32,000 nt of DNA from Zygophlyctis sp. KS116 (GCA_054661495.1 BAAFSQ010000038.1:1-32000); one strand, 5' to 3'; positions 1 to 13,167 are shown, counted from the first letter of the stretch. Notes: a model not told the origin generated them from the letters alone. Numbers and translations: made by a program.

Positions 1-388
1 TCTTGTGGACCTGCCTCCAAAGTTGATAGTTGCGCTAATTGCAAGACTACTTCAACTTCAACCGGAACTTGTAACGGATCCCAAAGAACAACTGCCTATT
101 TCACATCCGCTGCGGTAAATGGACAAAGCTGCACAGCTAATACTATCAAGGTTGATGATTGTGCTAATTGTGAAACGACTTCAACAGCAACTGGTACCTG
201 TGACGGCTCGCTACGTACTACTCAATACTTGACGAAAACTGGATTTAATGGAAATTCCTGCGGTCCTGCCTCCAAAGTTGAAAACTGTGCTAATTGCAGA
301 ACTATTTCAAATTCAACTGGAACTTGTAACGGGTCCCAAAGAACAACTACATTTTTCACATCCGCTGCGGTGAATGGACAAAGCTGCA
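1..388 (+). repeat. Intragenic direct repeat, period 255 nt (85 aa = two repeat units)
   Basis: tcttgtggacctgcctccaaagttga... at 1 matches tcctgcggtcctgcctccaaagttga... at 256, continuing through ...aatggacaaagctgcac. Confidence 0.9.
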
Positions 389-885
389 CTGCTCCCACGA
401 TTACAGTAGATCCGTGTAGGCATTGTTCAACCACTTCTTCAACAACCGGTTCTTGTGACGGATTTTCCCGTACCACAGAATACTTGACTGCTCCTGCTTC
501 AAATGGTGGCAGTAGCTGTACAAATCCTACAATCTCAATGCAAATCTGTGGAAACTGTTTAATTACTTCTTCTACCACTGGTAAATGCGATGGTAAAAAT
601 ATTCAGACGTTCAACTTTATGCTACCCGCTACGAATGGTGGCACATGTTCTGTATCTTCTACTGTTACCATGACTTGTCGAGATTGTTCAACCATATCTT
701 CAGAGATCGGGTTATGTGAGCAGTCCATTGCTACGACCACGTTTTACGTAAAATCAGAAACTAACGGTGGATCTAAATGCACCTCAGAAACAACTGCAGT
801 CGGTCCATGTAATGATATTATCTCTTCAGAGAAAAAGAATATCGCTCCTAGATTTTTAGAATTCTTCCTTTTATTTTTACTTTAA
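1..885 (+). CDS. 3' part of a Cys/Thr-rich tandem-repeat surface protein (spondin/TSP1-like repeats lacking Trp), probable GPI anchor
   Basis: Frame 1 is open from base 1 to TAA at 883-885, so the gene starts upstream. Repeats of ~42-43 aa: CxxC-x9-C(D/N)G...NG(G/Q)xxC. Ends with SS-spacer-hydrophobic tail (FLEFFLLFLL*). Confidence 0.75.
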   Translation, partial: SCGPASKVDSCANCKTTSTSTGTCNGSQRTTAYFTSAAVNGQSCTANTIKVDDCANCETTSTATGTCDGSLRTTQYLTKTGFNGNSCGPASKVENCANCRTISNSTGTCNGSQRTTTFFTSAAVNGQSCTAPTITVDPCRHCSTTSSTTGSCDGFSRTTEYLTAPASNGGSSCTNPTISMQICGNCLITSSTTGKCDGKNIQTFNFMLPATNGGTCSVSSTVTMTCRDCSTISSEIGLCEQSIATTTFYVKSETNGGSKCTSETTAVGPCNDIISSEKKNIAPRFLEFFLLFLL

Positions 886-985
886 ATATAATAGAACTAG
901 AAAAACTCCTTTTATTGTTTACGGACTTAAGTCACTGGGATTTACTCAAAAAAAATATTTTGCGGCACAGTGAGTTTTGACTTTG

Positions 986-2621
986 ATGTTCCCGTCATCT
1001 AAATTCTCAGAGATCCAATGCCCATATCAGCCGAATTGCTCCAGATCTTTTCAATGCATCTTCTCTCATGCGGTTGCAACCACTTCATCGACTGTGAAGA
1101 GAAAATATCAGGTTTCCCAAATCAAGTTAGTGCCAAAGTTGATCCCTGAAGTTAAGAAGCCCATTGTTACCCAAGTTAAACCCGCTGCATCAAAGCGTTT
1201 GACCCATAAGCATGTAATTACTTTGAATAAGAGGTTAGACTGGTAGTTCTCATATTGATATATCTCAGCCGCCATACTTGAAGCCAAATATCAATGCGAA
1301 AGTTCCTAGAGGAAATAGACAAAAATCACTGCTGAAATATTATGAGGAGTTCAAGCGAATTTATGCTCCTTTGCTCGTAGAACATCCCGATTTGGCACAT
1401 GTGCATGCTTACAAACAGGAAGAAACTATCCACTCACAAACAAGCCATCTCACGTATTCATCAAAATCAGTTTCTGTATTACAAAGACTGAGAAAAAGAC
1501 CGATAGCAGAGTCTTCTGATGATACAGGAATTGATGGTGAATGGACCCCATCGGCCAAAAAGGCAAAGATAGAAACCCCACCTGATATTTTAAGAAAACT
1601 ATGTATGCCACTTGTTCAGTTAGTACGATATAAATATCCATTATCTCCTGAAATGGAATCTATGATAATTTTGGAAGCAAAGAAAAATAATGAAAGTTTG
1701 GAATTTATAGACTCTGAAAATTCAGAAATTCCAATAGAATCCAAGACTGATCAAGATGAAAATGATTCTGATCTAGAAGAAACACTTGATTTAGAATCAA
1801 AGAATATATCATCCTCAAAATCTGCTAATCCGGAAGAGCAAGTATGTGATCGATGTTCAAAGGTATTTGTTGTCAAGCCCCATTTAGAAGAATACGAAAA
1901 ACAAGAATGTCATTATCATTTTGGTGTATTAAGATCTACAACTGTTGAAGGATCTAAAGTACGGGCATATACATGTTGCGAATCTTTGCATGGTACGAGT
2001 GGCTGTTCAATTGGTCCGCATGTATTCAAGGAGGATACATTTAAAAAGTTGAATGAAAGGGTTGGTTTTTATATATTAACAATTTAGATCCCATTTGTAG
2101 AATTAAAAGATTTGATATGTTCTTCATCTGCAGACCCACAATTGTTCCTTGCGATGGACTGTGAAATGTCATATACTACAGCAGGCATGGAATGCACTCG
2201 TGTCACTGTTGTAAATTGGAATGGCGATATATTACTAGATGAATTAGTTTTGCCTAGCTTTCCTGTTCTTGATCTTAATACTCGTTGGTCTGGTATTTCT
2301 GACTTATCAAAAGCCAAATATACATTATCTGATATCCAAAAGAAGATTGCATCATTTTGTTGTCCAGAGACAATCTTGGCAGGCCATGGATTAGAAAATG
2401 ACTTGAAAGTGCTTAGAATGATCCATACATTTGTTATCGATACGGCATACATATATCCCCATATTAAGGGATTTCCATTTAGAAATTCGTTAAGATCGCT
2501 AGTAACTAGATATTTGGGAAGATTTATTCAGACATCTGCATCTGGTCATGATTCCTATGAAGACACCCTCTCAGTTGTACAATTGGTGAAGGAACATATT
2601 GAGTCTAAAAATAAAGCCTAG
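986..2621 (+). CDS. REX3: REX3/REXO1-like DEDDh 3'-5' RNA exonuclease
   Basis: ATG 986. N-terminal CPx4C..CIFSH motif, CDRC..CHYHFG..YTCC..GC..GPHVF motif, and catalytic AMDCEM, GHGLENDL, GHDSYED. Introns 1214-1238 (25 nt) and 2061-2087 (27 nt) join the three ORF-track pieces in frame. Confidence 0.9.
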
Positions 2622-2645
2622 GGTGGTGTTTGTGACTTTTTGAAA

Positions 2646-3450
2646 ATGTTTTTTAAACGATTTCAGTCAATCATTCCTAATAAAATACCATTTAAGTCAG
2701 TGCTGAGATTTGACAATATATCTAGTAAGTGCATTGGTTGATTTAAATTTAGATCTATGGTGGAAATCAAAAACGATTGATAGTTGGATCCATTCATTCA
2801 ATTCTGGACAAAAGATTGGATTGATTTCACTCGATAAGAATATTTTTGGAGCAAATCAACGGAAAGATCTCATTGCAAAAGCTGTAAAGTATGAAGTCTC
2901 TTGGAAAGAGCAGGGAACGGAATCAACAAAGAATCTTGGGCAAGTCAGAGGATCTACTCGTAAGCCGTTTCCTCAGAAAGGTAGAGGAAAAGCAAGAGTT
3001 GGAACTCTTAGAGCTCCTCATTTTAGAGGAGGATATGCATCACATGGCCCAAGACCACATAACAAATCAACAGATATTCCTAAAAAAGTTTATGATGCTG
3101 GTCTAAGGTCTGCCATTTCCACAAAATATGCGCAAGATCAAATATTGATTGTGGACTCATTAGAACTAAGTCAAGGCTCAAAATCTGCATTAGAAGAAAA
3201 GTTGGAAAATCTATTACTCAAAGGAAGAAAGGTTTACTTTATATATGGAGATCAAGAGCCAAACGTAAAATTGATTAAAGCTTCAGACTTTTTCTCAAAA
3301 AAGAGGAGTATAACTCATGGAGAAGTAGAAAATCCTATTCTTGTATCCTGGGCTCAGCACATTTCAGTTTTGCCTATTTTGGATTATGAATTTTTAGTTT
3401 TAGACAAGACAGCAGTTGAAGTATTAGAAGAGATGTATTCTATAAAATAA
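2646..3450 (+). CDS. MRPL4: Mitochondrial ribosomal protein L4 (uL4m)
   Basis: ATG 2646 encodes a presequence-like MFFKRFQS; intron 2725-2752 (28 nt). uL4 signature QGTESTK..VRGSTRKPFPQKGRGKARVG..RAPHFRGG..HGPRP. Confidence 0.92.
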
Positions 3451-3472
3451 AAATTATAAAGTCTACCATTCA

Positions 3473-4292
3473 CTAGAGATTTGATAATTCCTTTGGAAGT
3501 ATACTCTTTGATAAGCTATCGATAAGTTCTGTTTCCTTGATGGTAATTGATTTGAATGATTCTAGTGTAATTTTGTCAGTATTTTCCATTGTAAATTCAG
3601 AAATCACTGGTTCTAAAGATAAAACTAAAGATTCCTTGAATATTTAATTAATAAATTTACAGATACGACTCCTAGAGTATTAACAAAAATTCCTTTTCCT
3701 TCTTCACACTTAAAGTACGATTTCCCTTGAAATGAGCCATTATTTTTCCCAGTGTTTGTATCCAACTCTATACCATAATACATGTCAGTTTTGCCCTTTA
3801 AGATTCCTATCCATCGAATAGTTCCAGTCCGAGAGTCCCTGAGCATCCTATCGAATTAAATTATACTTTTTACTTGATCCTGGATCCAACTTTAAGTTCA
3901 TCTTCCTTGCAAAAAAATGCAATGTCAGAAGCTGATAACTCACCATCAGCAGAGACATCCAATACCTGAAAAAGTACTAAATTGAGCCAATACAACTTAC
4001 ATTCTAGTTTATCGTTTGTATTTGAAACTTTCCACTGATGAAATACATTAAGAAACCTTTCAAATGTCAGTCCAGACGTATCACTTGTCTGAAATAAAAC
4101 TATTAGTACTCTTGAGAGCACATTTGGCAGAGGAGACTGAAGGGCAATGACTTCCTCGAACCTACGATACAAGTATTCCAACTCTGCAATAGTTACTACT
4201 ATTAGTCAAGCAGCCTCACATCCATACAAAAAACAAAACTCATATATCTGCTTCACCTCATAGGATTTAACGACACTCAAAGATGCGCCCAT
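3473..4292 (-). CDS. N-myristoylated EF-hand (calcineurin-B/CIB-like) protein with an inserted CAP-Gly domain
   Basis: MGASLS start at 4292; ELEYLYRRF; EF-hand LDVSADGELSASDI; CAP-Gly GTIRWIG..YYGIELD..GKNNGS..YF.C..GKGIFV. Introns ~4196-4219 (boundaries less certain), 3977-4000, 3848-3873, 3635-3660. TAG at 3473-3475. Confidence 0.8.
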
Positions 4293-4354
4293 AAAGATTT
4301 TAAGAAACCTTATTCCATTAATTGATGCGAAAAAATCAGCAAAGGCCCAGAAAC

Positions 4355-5849
<1,495 letters not shown>

Positions 5850-5980
5850 TCACTCCTAACTAGTGGCGTATGCAGTCCTACACTGCGGATAAAGGCTTGA
5901 ACTCAGATTGAACTCTTATAATTAATGCCCATAAGCAAATTTATTCTTAAATCTCAAAATGCAAATATTGTTTTTTTTTT

Positions 5981-6790
5981 CTAATCTAGCATAAATCTAA
6001 CTCTTTTATGAAATTTGTCTCTAATTTCCACATTGGATATTCTGTAAAGAATATTATCATACAGTTTATGATTATATCTACGGGCATAATCAAGTACTTG
6101 AATCATATTTTCAGATTGTTCTTCACATTTTGCAATGAGAATATTAAAAATAGTCTCTAAATTACTCTTTAAATTTTCTTGATTGTCTTTATAAAGAGAA
6201 TTATCAACTAGAGCATCAAAAGTGGCACTAAAAGTCTTGTAAGAAGGTGAGATTGAATTCAATAAAGTTTTTACAACCTGAATATGAACATTTTCTGATG
6301 CCATCTTTAATGATTCTTGAAGTGATTCATTCCATGATGTTTCTGTAGTCTTCCAATAGTTCTCATGATTAATATTCAAGATTCGTTGTATAATTTCCAA
6401 ATGTCCAGCCTGTGCAGAATACCGAAGTGCAAAATTCCATCCAGAAAATGGATCTATTCCAGCACTTTTATCTAGAGACAATAACTTTTCAATAATTTGA
6501 ATGTGTCCATTAACAGCAGCTTGTTTAAAGGCCTGATTTCTTTCAAAATTTGGAGTTACAACCTCTAATAGTTCATTAAATAGATTTAAATTCCCATCTT
6601 TTGCAGCTTGTATATATAATGAATGAAGAATTTTACTAATCTTTACATCTTGCTCTGTTTGACTTGATCTATCAACTTTTTCTGGTATGATTGCATTACC
6701 AACATTAATAGCATTGGCCATTGCATTCATTCCTGTGTGCGAATGTATATTCAAGATGAATAATAACAGTACAATTAGAAAGTTGTTCAT
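5981..6790 (-). CDS. Ankyrin-repeat protein with predicted signal peptide
   Basis: Intronless 269-aa ORF with hydrophobic N-terminus (MNNFLIVLLLFILNIHS). Ankyrin-like units: AAKDGNLNLFNELL, AAVNGHIQIIEKLL, SAQAGHLEIIQRIL, ASENVHIQVVKTLL. Confidence 0.8.
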   Translation of the reverse strand: MNNFLIVLLLFILNIHSHTGMNAMANAINVGNAIIPEKVDRSSQTEQDVKISKILHSLYIQAAKDGNLNLFNELLEVVTPNFERNQAFKQAAVNGHIQIIEKLLSLDKSAGIDPFSGWNFALRYSAQAGHLEIIQRILNINHENYWKTTETSWNESLQESLKMASENVHIQVVKTLLNSISPSYKTFSATFDALVDNSLYKDNQENLKSNLETIFNILIAKCEEQSENMIQVLDYARRYNHKLYDNILYRISNVEIRDKFHKRVRFMLD

Positions 6791-6918
6791 TTCTTAATCT
6801 TCTAATGTAGCCGATCGGGGTTAAACAGACAAATTCTTTCAGAAATTCTGCAAAATTTAGTAAAAAATTCTACAATTACTATGACTCAAAAATTGCAACA
6901 CTTATTCACCTCTTGAAT

Positions 6919-7570
6919 TTATTTCGATTTTGCCTTTTCCTCCTCTTCCTTTTGCTTCTTTCTCATTGCACGAACACCAACTAATTTAGCATCTGATTGA
7001 GCCATACGAAGAGTAGAATAAGCATGAACAACCGGTGTTTCCTTCAAGACTCTAGTGGTTTCACCTTGTTCTACAGCCTTTAAAGGTAATAATTCTCCTT
7101 TAGCTTGTTTAGCAGTAGCACATATTTTAGGATCTGAATCTCCTTTTTTAACCTTGTTCATCTTTTTTGGGAAAATAATCAATTTAGACTTGTATTCCTT
7201 TAATCTAGCAATATTAGCTTCTAGACCTTCAACTGATCTATTTTTTCTACGATGATCAATAGGAATTCCAATATTCAAAGCCTCCTTTTTACGAATTCCA
7301 GCAGCCTAAAATATAAATTATAAAGACTACCTTTATTTCTTCAATAGTAAAACCTCTTCCCATTCTGAGTTTGGTATTGTACTTTACTGTTGGACATCTC
7401 ACAGCAGGTCTTAATAGATCTACAGGACGAGGAGCACATTTAGCAGCCTTTGCTAATCTAGCAGTTCTTCTAGACTTCTTTTTTCCTGGCTGATTAAACC
7501 AAGTTTTGACATGGATCTTCCAGTCCTTTCTAAAATGTTGATTTGGTAAAACGTTGTTGTGCGAAACCAT
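6919..7570 (-). CDS. RPL13: 60S ribosomal protein L13 (eL13)
   Basis: [40 protein letters not shown]; intron 7306-7330 (25 nt). Confidence 0.98.
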
Positions 7571-7777
7571 TTTTTTTCCTGTGGCTTGACCTTGTAGAGA
7601 AACCTACATTTGAAAAAGTTTAAAACCTAAGAAACCTACATTTGAAAAAGTTTAAAACCTAAAAAGTAGAAAACCTTAGAAACCTAAAAAAGTAGAAACC
7701 CAAGTAAAAACATTAGAGAAAAGTTTAGAGTAGGTCAATAATAGGTCTGTAAGTGGCGTTGAAATTTAAGAAAAATA
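7571..7777. promoter_or_regulatory. Bidirectional RPL13/RPS16 promoter with an exact 32-bp tandem duplication and about 7 AAACC(T/C) motifs
   Basis: Head-to-head genes 207 bp apart; agaaacctacatttgaaaaagtttaaaaccta at 7598-7629 and 7630-7661. Confidence 0.75.
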
Positions 7778-8229
<452 letters not shown>

Positions 8230-8324
8230 TTCACTAGATAAACTACTAATTTCTTTTTTTGAGTTTTTATTATAGTCTTTTTGGATTAATTGTCAGTTGA
8301 CAGAATAGGTACAGGCTAAGAAAA

Positions 8325-9463
8325 ATGTCTGGTCATTTAGTGGTGATTTGTGATGGTTACAAGTCATGTTACAAGTCTATATTGTCAAATTTAAAGGCGA
8401 AATCAATAGATTTAGTAATTGTTAAGAATTATAAATTTAAAAATACAACAGAAACTATTAAAAGTTTACAAGATTTGGTCTCAAGTTTGGAAAAATGGAA
8501 ATTTCAACATACTACTTGTACTCTGATTGATGGATTAAGACGTGCAATTTCAATCTTGTTGAATGATTTTGGAGAAATATTGATTCTAAATTCTTGTATT
8601 CCAATCTATGATACACAGCATGAATTTGATGGACTTCAAGTCAATAATGATTTGGGAGAAATTGCAAAGTTTTGTAAGACAAATGGGATTCAAGTGTCTT
8701 TAATTTCAACATTAAAAGGATATAATGTTTTGGAAAATTGGATAGATTCTGTAAATGGTGTTACAAATGATTATTCTCCTGCTGGATCAGGACTAGTTGT
8801 GAAATTAACGCTGTTTTTAAGGAAAATGATGGTTGAAATTCCACCCATAAATACTTCTAATTCTATGAATCTAAAGGATACAAAGGATACAAATGATAAT
8901 GCTAATCTTGCGTTTTTATCAAGTCAAATGCAGGCTTATAAACAGCATGTAGCTAAAAATCAGTTATTACTATCTTCTAATACAACTCTAGAGGATGAAG
9001 GTGGAAAAAATAATTATTTATGGTCTGGAGTTTTATCATGGCAGGGATTAGATCCAAATACAAATTTAACAAGGGAAATTTCATGTAATGTAATGGCAGT
9101 TCCTGTTCATAAAAGAGATTTGGCTGAATAGTAAGATTTTTTTAAAATTAAGAAAATAGTTTTTTAAGTCATTGGCCGTCAAAGTTGGTTATGGCATCAG
9201 TTCTTCCATTACAAACAGAATATTTACAATCATATGTAAAGTCTAATAACCTTCCACTAGTAAGGATTGTACCAATATCTACATTACAGAATTCTGATCA
9301 AGCTTCATTCTCTAATCTCTTGAATATTTTATCTTCACGTAAAGTTGCATCTATTGTGAGGTTTAGTGGTGATTCTGGACTATTAATGGTGGAAAATGCG
9401 GGGAAATTGATTGCATTTGTATGTGTAAAGGTTGGATTGAGTTTGGTTTGCAAAGGGTTTTAA
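8325..9463 (+). CDS. MED25: Mediator subunit MED25-like (vWA + ACID/PTOV domain)
   Basis: vWA-like LIDGLRRAI..ILILNS.IP..IAKFCKTNGIQVSLIS, then LWSGVLSWQ..TREISCNV..HWPSKLVM, matching the ACID/PTOV consensus (WSGVLEWQ..LTRSLPCQV..WPQKLIM). Intron 9131-9159 (29 nt). Confidence 0.75.
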
Positions 9464-9474
9464 AGAAAATAACC

Positions 9475-9532
9475 ATGATACTGCTGCAACTGGAATTTTT
9501 AAAAGGATGACACTGCTACAACTGAAATTTTT
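9475..9532. repeat. Imperfect 26-nt direct repeat, period 32, upstream of NDUFS5
   Basis: atgatactgctgcaactggaattttt (9475-9500) vs atgacactgctacaactgaaattttt (9507-9532), 3 mismatches. Confidence 0.8.
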
Positions 9533-9583
9533 TACTTTAGTCAAGGACACTCGAGGGTTAATAAAATTTTTTGACTTTTCGCG

Positions 9584-9826
9584 ATGTCATCGGGCTATGG
9601 ACTCACTGGTCGTCAGGGTAGATGTTTCCACTTTTGGCAAGACTATCTAAAATGTTATGCTGCATGTGATACTACAGATGAATGTTTTCTTCAGGCACAG
9701 GACTATACAGAATGTTTATATCATCGGAAAGAGGTAAATACTTTTTTTTTTAAAAATAAAAAGTTGGCAAGAGCTCAAAGGATTAGAGACGAATACTTGA
9801 AATCAGTTGAAAAAAGTCCTAATTAG
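9584..9826 (+). CDS. NDUFS5: Complex I accessory subunit NDUFS5 (15-kDa, twin CX9C)
   Basis: MSSGYGLTGRQGRCFHFWQDYLKCY..C...QDYTECLYHRKE; probable in-frame intron 9734-9763 (30 nt). Confidence 0.9.
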   Translation: MSSGYGLTGRQGRCFHFWQDYLKCYAACDTTDECFLQAQDYTECLYHRKEVNTFFFKNKKLARAQRIRDEYLKSVEKSPN

Positions 9827-12800
9827 CCTTTTTTAAATGGTCTATATAATAAAATTCAATATTAAATACCCTGCCCAAAAATCATATTTCTTGGCTTTTG
9901 GTGTCTCTGCAGTAAATGAAATCGCTGGAGAATATAGATCAGGTCCATAGGCATGAATGTATTTAGAGTCCTGCCATTTACAAATTGAAAATTACCTTTA
10001 ACGCTAAAGATTGAAGTTTTTCTAATTGTGATGCAGTTGATGATTTTGTCTGAATTGAGTAATTAAACACGGTAGAATCAGTAGATCTGGGATACGGTTT
10101 TGAGATGACAGTTTTCTAAAATTAAGCTGAAAAATAGTACCTTTGCATTCAGCATTACAAAGTTGGGGACTCTAAAAGGAGTTGACCGGAAATTAGGATT
10201 ACGATCTTGTATTCGTTTGGGAGTTGATCTAATTCTTGACATAAATGCTTTTGTAGGGATAATATAGGCTAAACTCAGATTCTAAAGTTAATAAATTGAA
10301 GTTACAGGGCTTGCAAGCGATTCAAGAGATACGGATGCGTTTTCCGAATCAGTTACGGATTTAGAGGGTGTTTCTGAAAAAATCCAGGCTTCTTCGTCAG
10401 ATACAATTACTCCCTGCCCTTTGAGTAGAGAATAAACAAGGCTGGAATTAGGAAACTCCAGTAATTTAGTAGTAGAAGGAGTATTTTTAGAATATAGTGT
10501 GGAAATAAACTTTGCTATTTTTCCATTAAGTTTCTCGTTTGCCAAGTTCTGAATGTTATTTACTTGAATATGACATAGTCCTGGCGTATAAAATTTCCAC
10601 AGTCTTGTAGAAAATGTAGTTTCAACACTATAGAAAACTTGTGCATCTGAATATCTAGTGTTAAAAGAAAACTGTTACTCCTCAACTATTTTGATCAGGT
10701 TTCGGAATGAATCTTTATCAACTCCTTCAAGTAATATGATTCTTGAGACAGAATCAAATATATGATAGCCGCATAAAATGTTCTAATAAAATTTATAATT
10801 TTAAATTACCAAAGATGTACTCATTTGTTGTTTTTGAGATAATTTATAACCCGAAAGTAATTCATTAATCGATTTCTCATCAATACCTAGAGCTTCTGAG
10901 TTAATAGAATCAATAATCGTTCGTATTGATTCAAATAATCCAACGTTTTTGCAACTATTCAATAAGACTTTTTTTAAGTTTACTCTGCAAGAATTGCTAT
11001 ACGTGCAAACGAACCGATATTAGATGAAGAGACTAAATGGATTGATTTAGTAAGGATAGGATATGGAAGAAATATTGATAGATTGATCGAGGAAAAGTTC
11101 TCTAACCATTGGGCGGGTGGTAAGCTTTCATGATCTCCTAAGCATAAAACATGAAATATTACTTATTCTGGATTCAAAAGGGACTATTTGAGTAGTTGAT
11201 TCATACTGAAATTTTCCAGTAGCTAATTCTGATAAATCGAATTCAGCGATTCCATATGGGGCTCTCGCGTTGGTTTCTGAAGTTATTTTTCCATCAGATC
11301 CTATTTCTAGACATTAGAGACTACAAATACCCTTGGCCAAGCTAGATAAATCATCTGGAAGTCGAGGATCTCGGTCATGAATCTATTAAATAAGTCTTGC
11401 AAAACCGAAATACCTCAACCTTGAATTTCTTTCGCATTAAATCCTCACTAAGCTTTTCTTCATCTATAAGCCCCGGAAGAACTAAATGCTTTGTGTTGAA
11501 TCTTAGCACTGGTCCGTGAGAATCTCTACTAAATGATTCATGAACATGAGGGTCCCCAAAAAATCGAAATTTACAGAATCTTTTCATTAAAATCATATAA
11601 ACTTACACTCGCTGACATTTTTCATCCAGATAAGAAAACCCATTTGGGTTAGAAGGCATACCATCTGCAGTTTGAATCTTGATGCACATGGGATTAAGCC
11701 TATAATTAAACGTTGATTGTCGAAATACACCATAACTTGTTCAGGAGATAACAACTGCTGATCCAGTTTAATCGAAAATGAAAGATATTTAATTCCTTCA
11801 ATTTTAGTTGTAATACTATCATATTTAAGATTATTTAAGTCTTACTCTACTTTTATCTCTGTTTTACCCAAGAACAGATCCGCAAGATCCATTGTTACTT
11901 TTGCGACAGGAATGGTTACGAATTCTTTGCTTGTTTTTTTACCAGAACTTGATGGTTTAGCCATATTAATGGATTTATCTGGTAAGGGATTTTTTTGGCT
12001 TTTAGTAGGCGAATTTTCAAACTTGACGGTTCCTTTCTTCTCTAGACATAAGATGCTCTACAATTACTTCCTTGCGAATGATCCTTTGACTCTGTATCAT
12101 TTTCTCCGATATGAACTTTTTCTTCTGTTTTGTTCTGGTCATCCATCTGCTTATTACCATTCATTTCTTTCGAAGTAGATGTCAAATTAGAATGTAGAAG
12201 GTCCTTTGCAACAACTGTTCCGTGAGGAGCAAGAATATCTAATGGGTGATTCCCATGGTGAGGGCTAGGCGGAGTTTTTGGTCTGATGATCTTAAGTGCT
12301 GCAACTGACGATGCGGATCTTGATTTTGTCAAACTAGCAGCACCTGCATCCATCTCGATGTGTTTTTCAGGATGCTGATAGTGATGAGGATGGGGGGTGG
12401 CTGATCTACTAGACCCCGAACTTGGAGTTGATAAGGTTCTTGTGGGAGATATATCTGCCTCTGAAAGAACCGCCTCTGGAAGTGCGATAAATTGCTTGAC
12501 CGATATTCTACGTTTGTTTAATTTGCTAAGGCCGTTCTTCGCAAGGGAAAACTTTCGTTTCGCTAGTGCTTCTAAAGAAATTCTTCTTTCATTGGAAGAT
12601 GCCCATCCTCCTTTAAATGACTTAAAGTCTGATCCAAATGCTTGATATTTTGACTGAATACTCGATACGGTCGCATTTTCAGCTTTGACCACCTCAAAGA
12701 GAGTAAATGTGATTGGATTTTCGTAAATATCTGCAATGAAATTCTATTATAAATTATATAATTAACCTTACTGTATTTACTGTTATATCATGCATACTTT

Positions 12801-13113
12801 GCCATGAATTTAGATTCCATGCGAGTGATTCAGTCTAGAATCAAAGTATTAACCAATACCTTTCCTTCACAAGAGCTTCCAAAGTAATATGTGGCATAGA
12901 ATTTGTGGAAAAGATCTTTCTGATCCTTCTTTTCTTCCTTGGGAACTTGATCATTAAGTATTCTTACTTACTCCTCTCTAATCCATATAGAATTTGGATT
13001 TTTGCCTTGACTGAATGTTCTCCGATTGGTTTAGAGAACATTGGCAACTCATCGACCCCATCAGGACCATTAATAACCGATCGGGCTACATAATTATCGT
13101 TATCATTATCCAT
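9823..13113 (-). CDS. Multi-intron gene, probable CFAP92/DUF4550-like (C2-like folds) cilia-associated protein
   Basis: ATG 13113 (MDNDNDNY). Exons joined by 24-30 nt introns, e.g. 12946-12971; includes ORF-track pieces 12042-12692, 11375-11596 and 10288-10545. Spliced motifs MDLADLFLG, NPMCIKIQTADGMPS, KFRFFG..KVE(V/T)HDRD, PYGIAEFDLSEL, VFNYSIQT resemble CFAP92. Stop is at 9842, or at 9823 if 9842-9869 is spliced. Confidence 0.6.
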
Positions 13114-13167
13114 ATCAAATTAAAAACGTCACTCATGCGGGAAAGTGGTAGTGATCCTTTATTCAAC

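Noticed and set aside
222-578. 118-aa minus-strand ORF with repeats
   Set aside because: Antisense mirror of the Cys/Thr repeat gene
7598-7661. 32-bp repeats as a CRISPR array or telomere
   Set aside because: Two adjacent copies with no spacers, no cas genes, eukaryotic context, and an internal promoter location
9823-11900. Treating 9.8-11.9 kb as non-coding or as several small genes
   Set aside because: Short exons join through tiny introns into one continuous minus-strand frame. I did not verify every junction, so internal boundaries remain approximate.
12042-12692. ORF as a C-terminal effector domain of the rhodopsin
   Set aside because: The opsin frame stops at 13168, and this ORF splices to exons starting from its own ATG at 13113. 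No cyclase, PDE or kinase motifs are visible.
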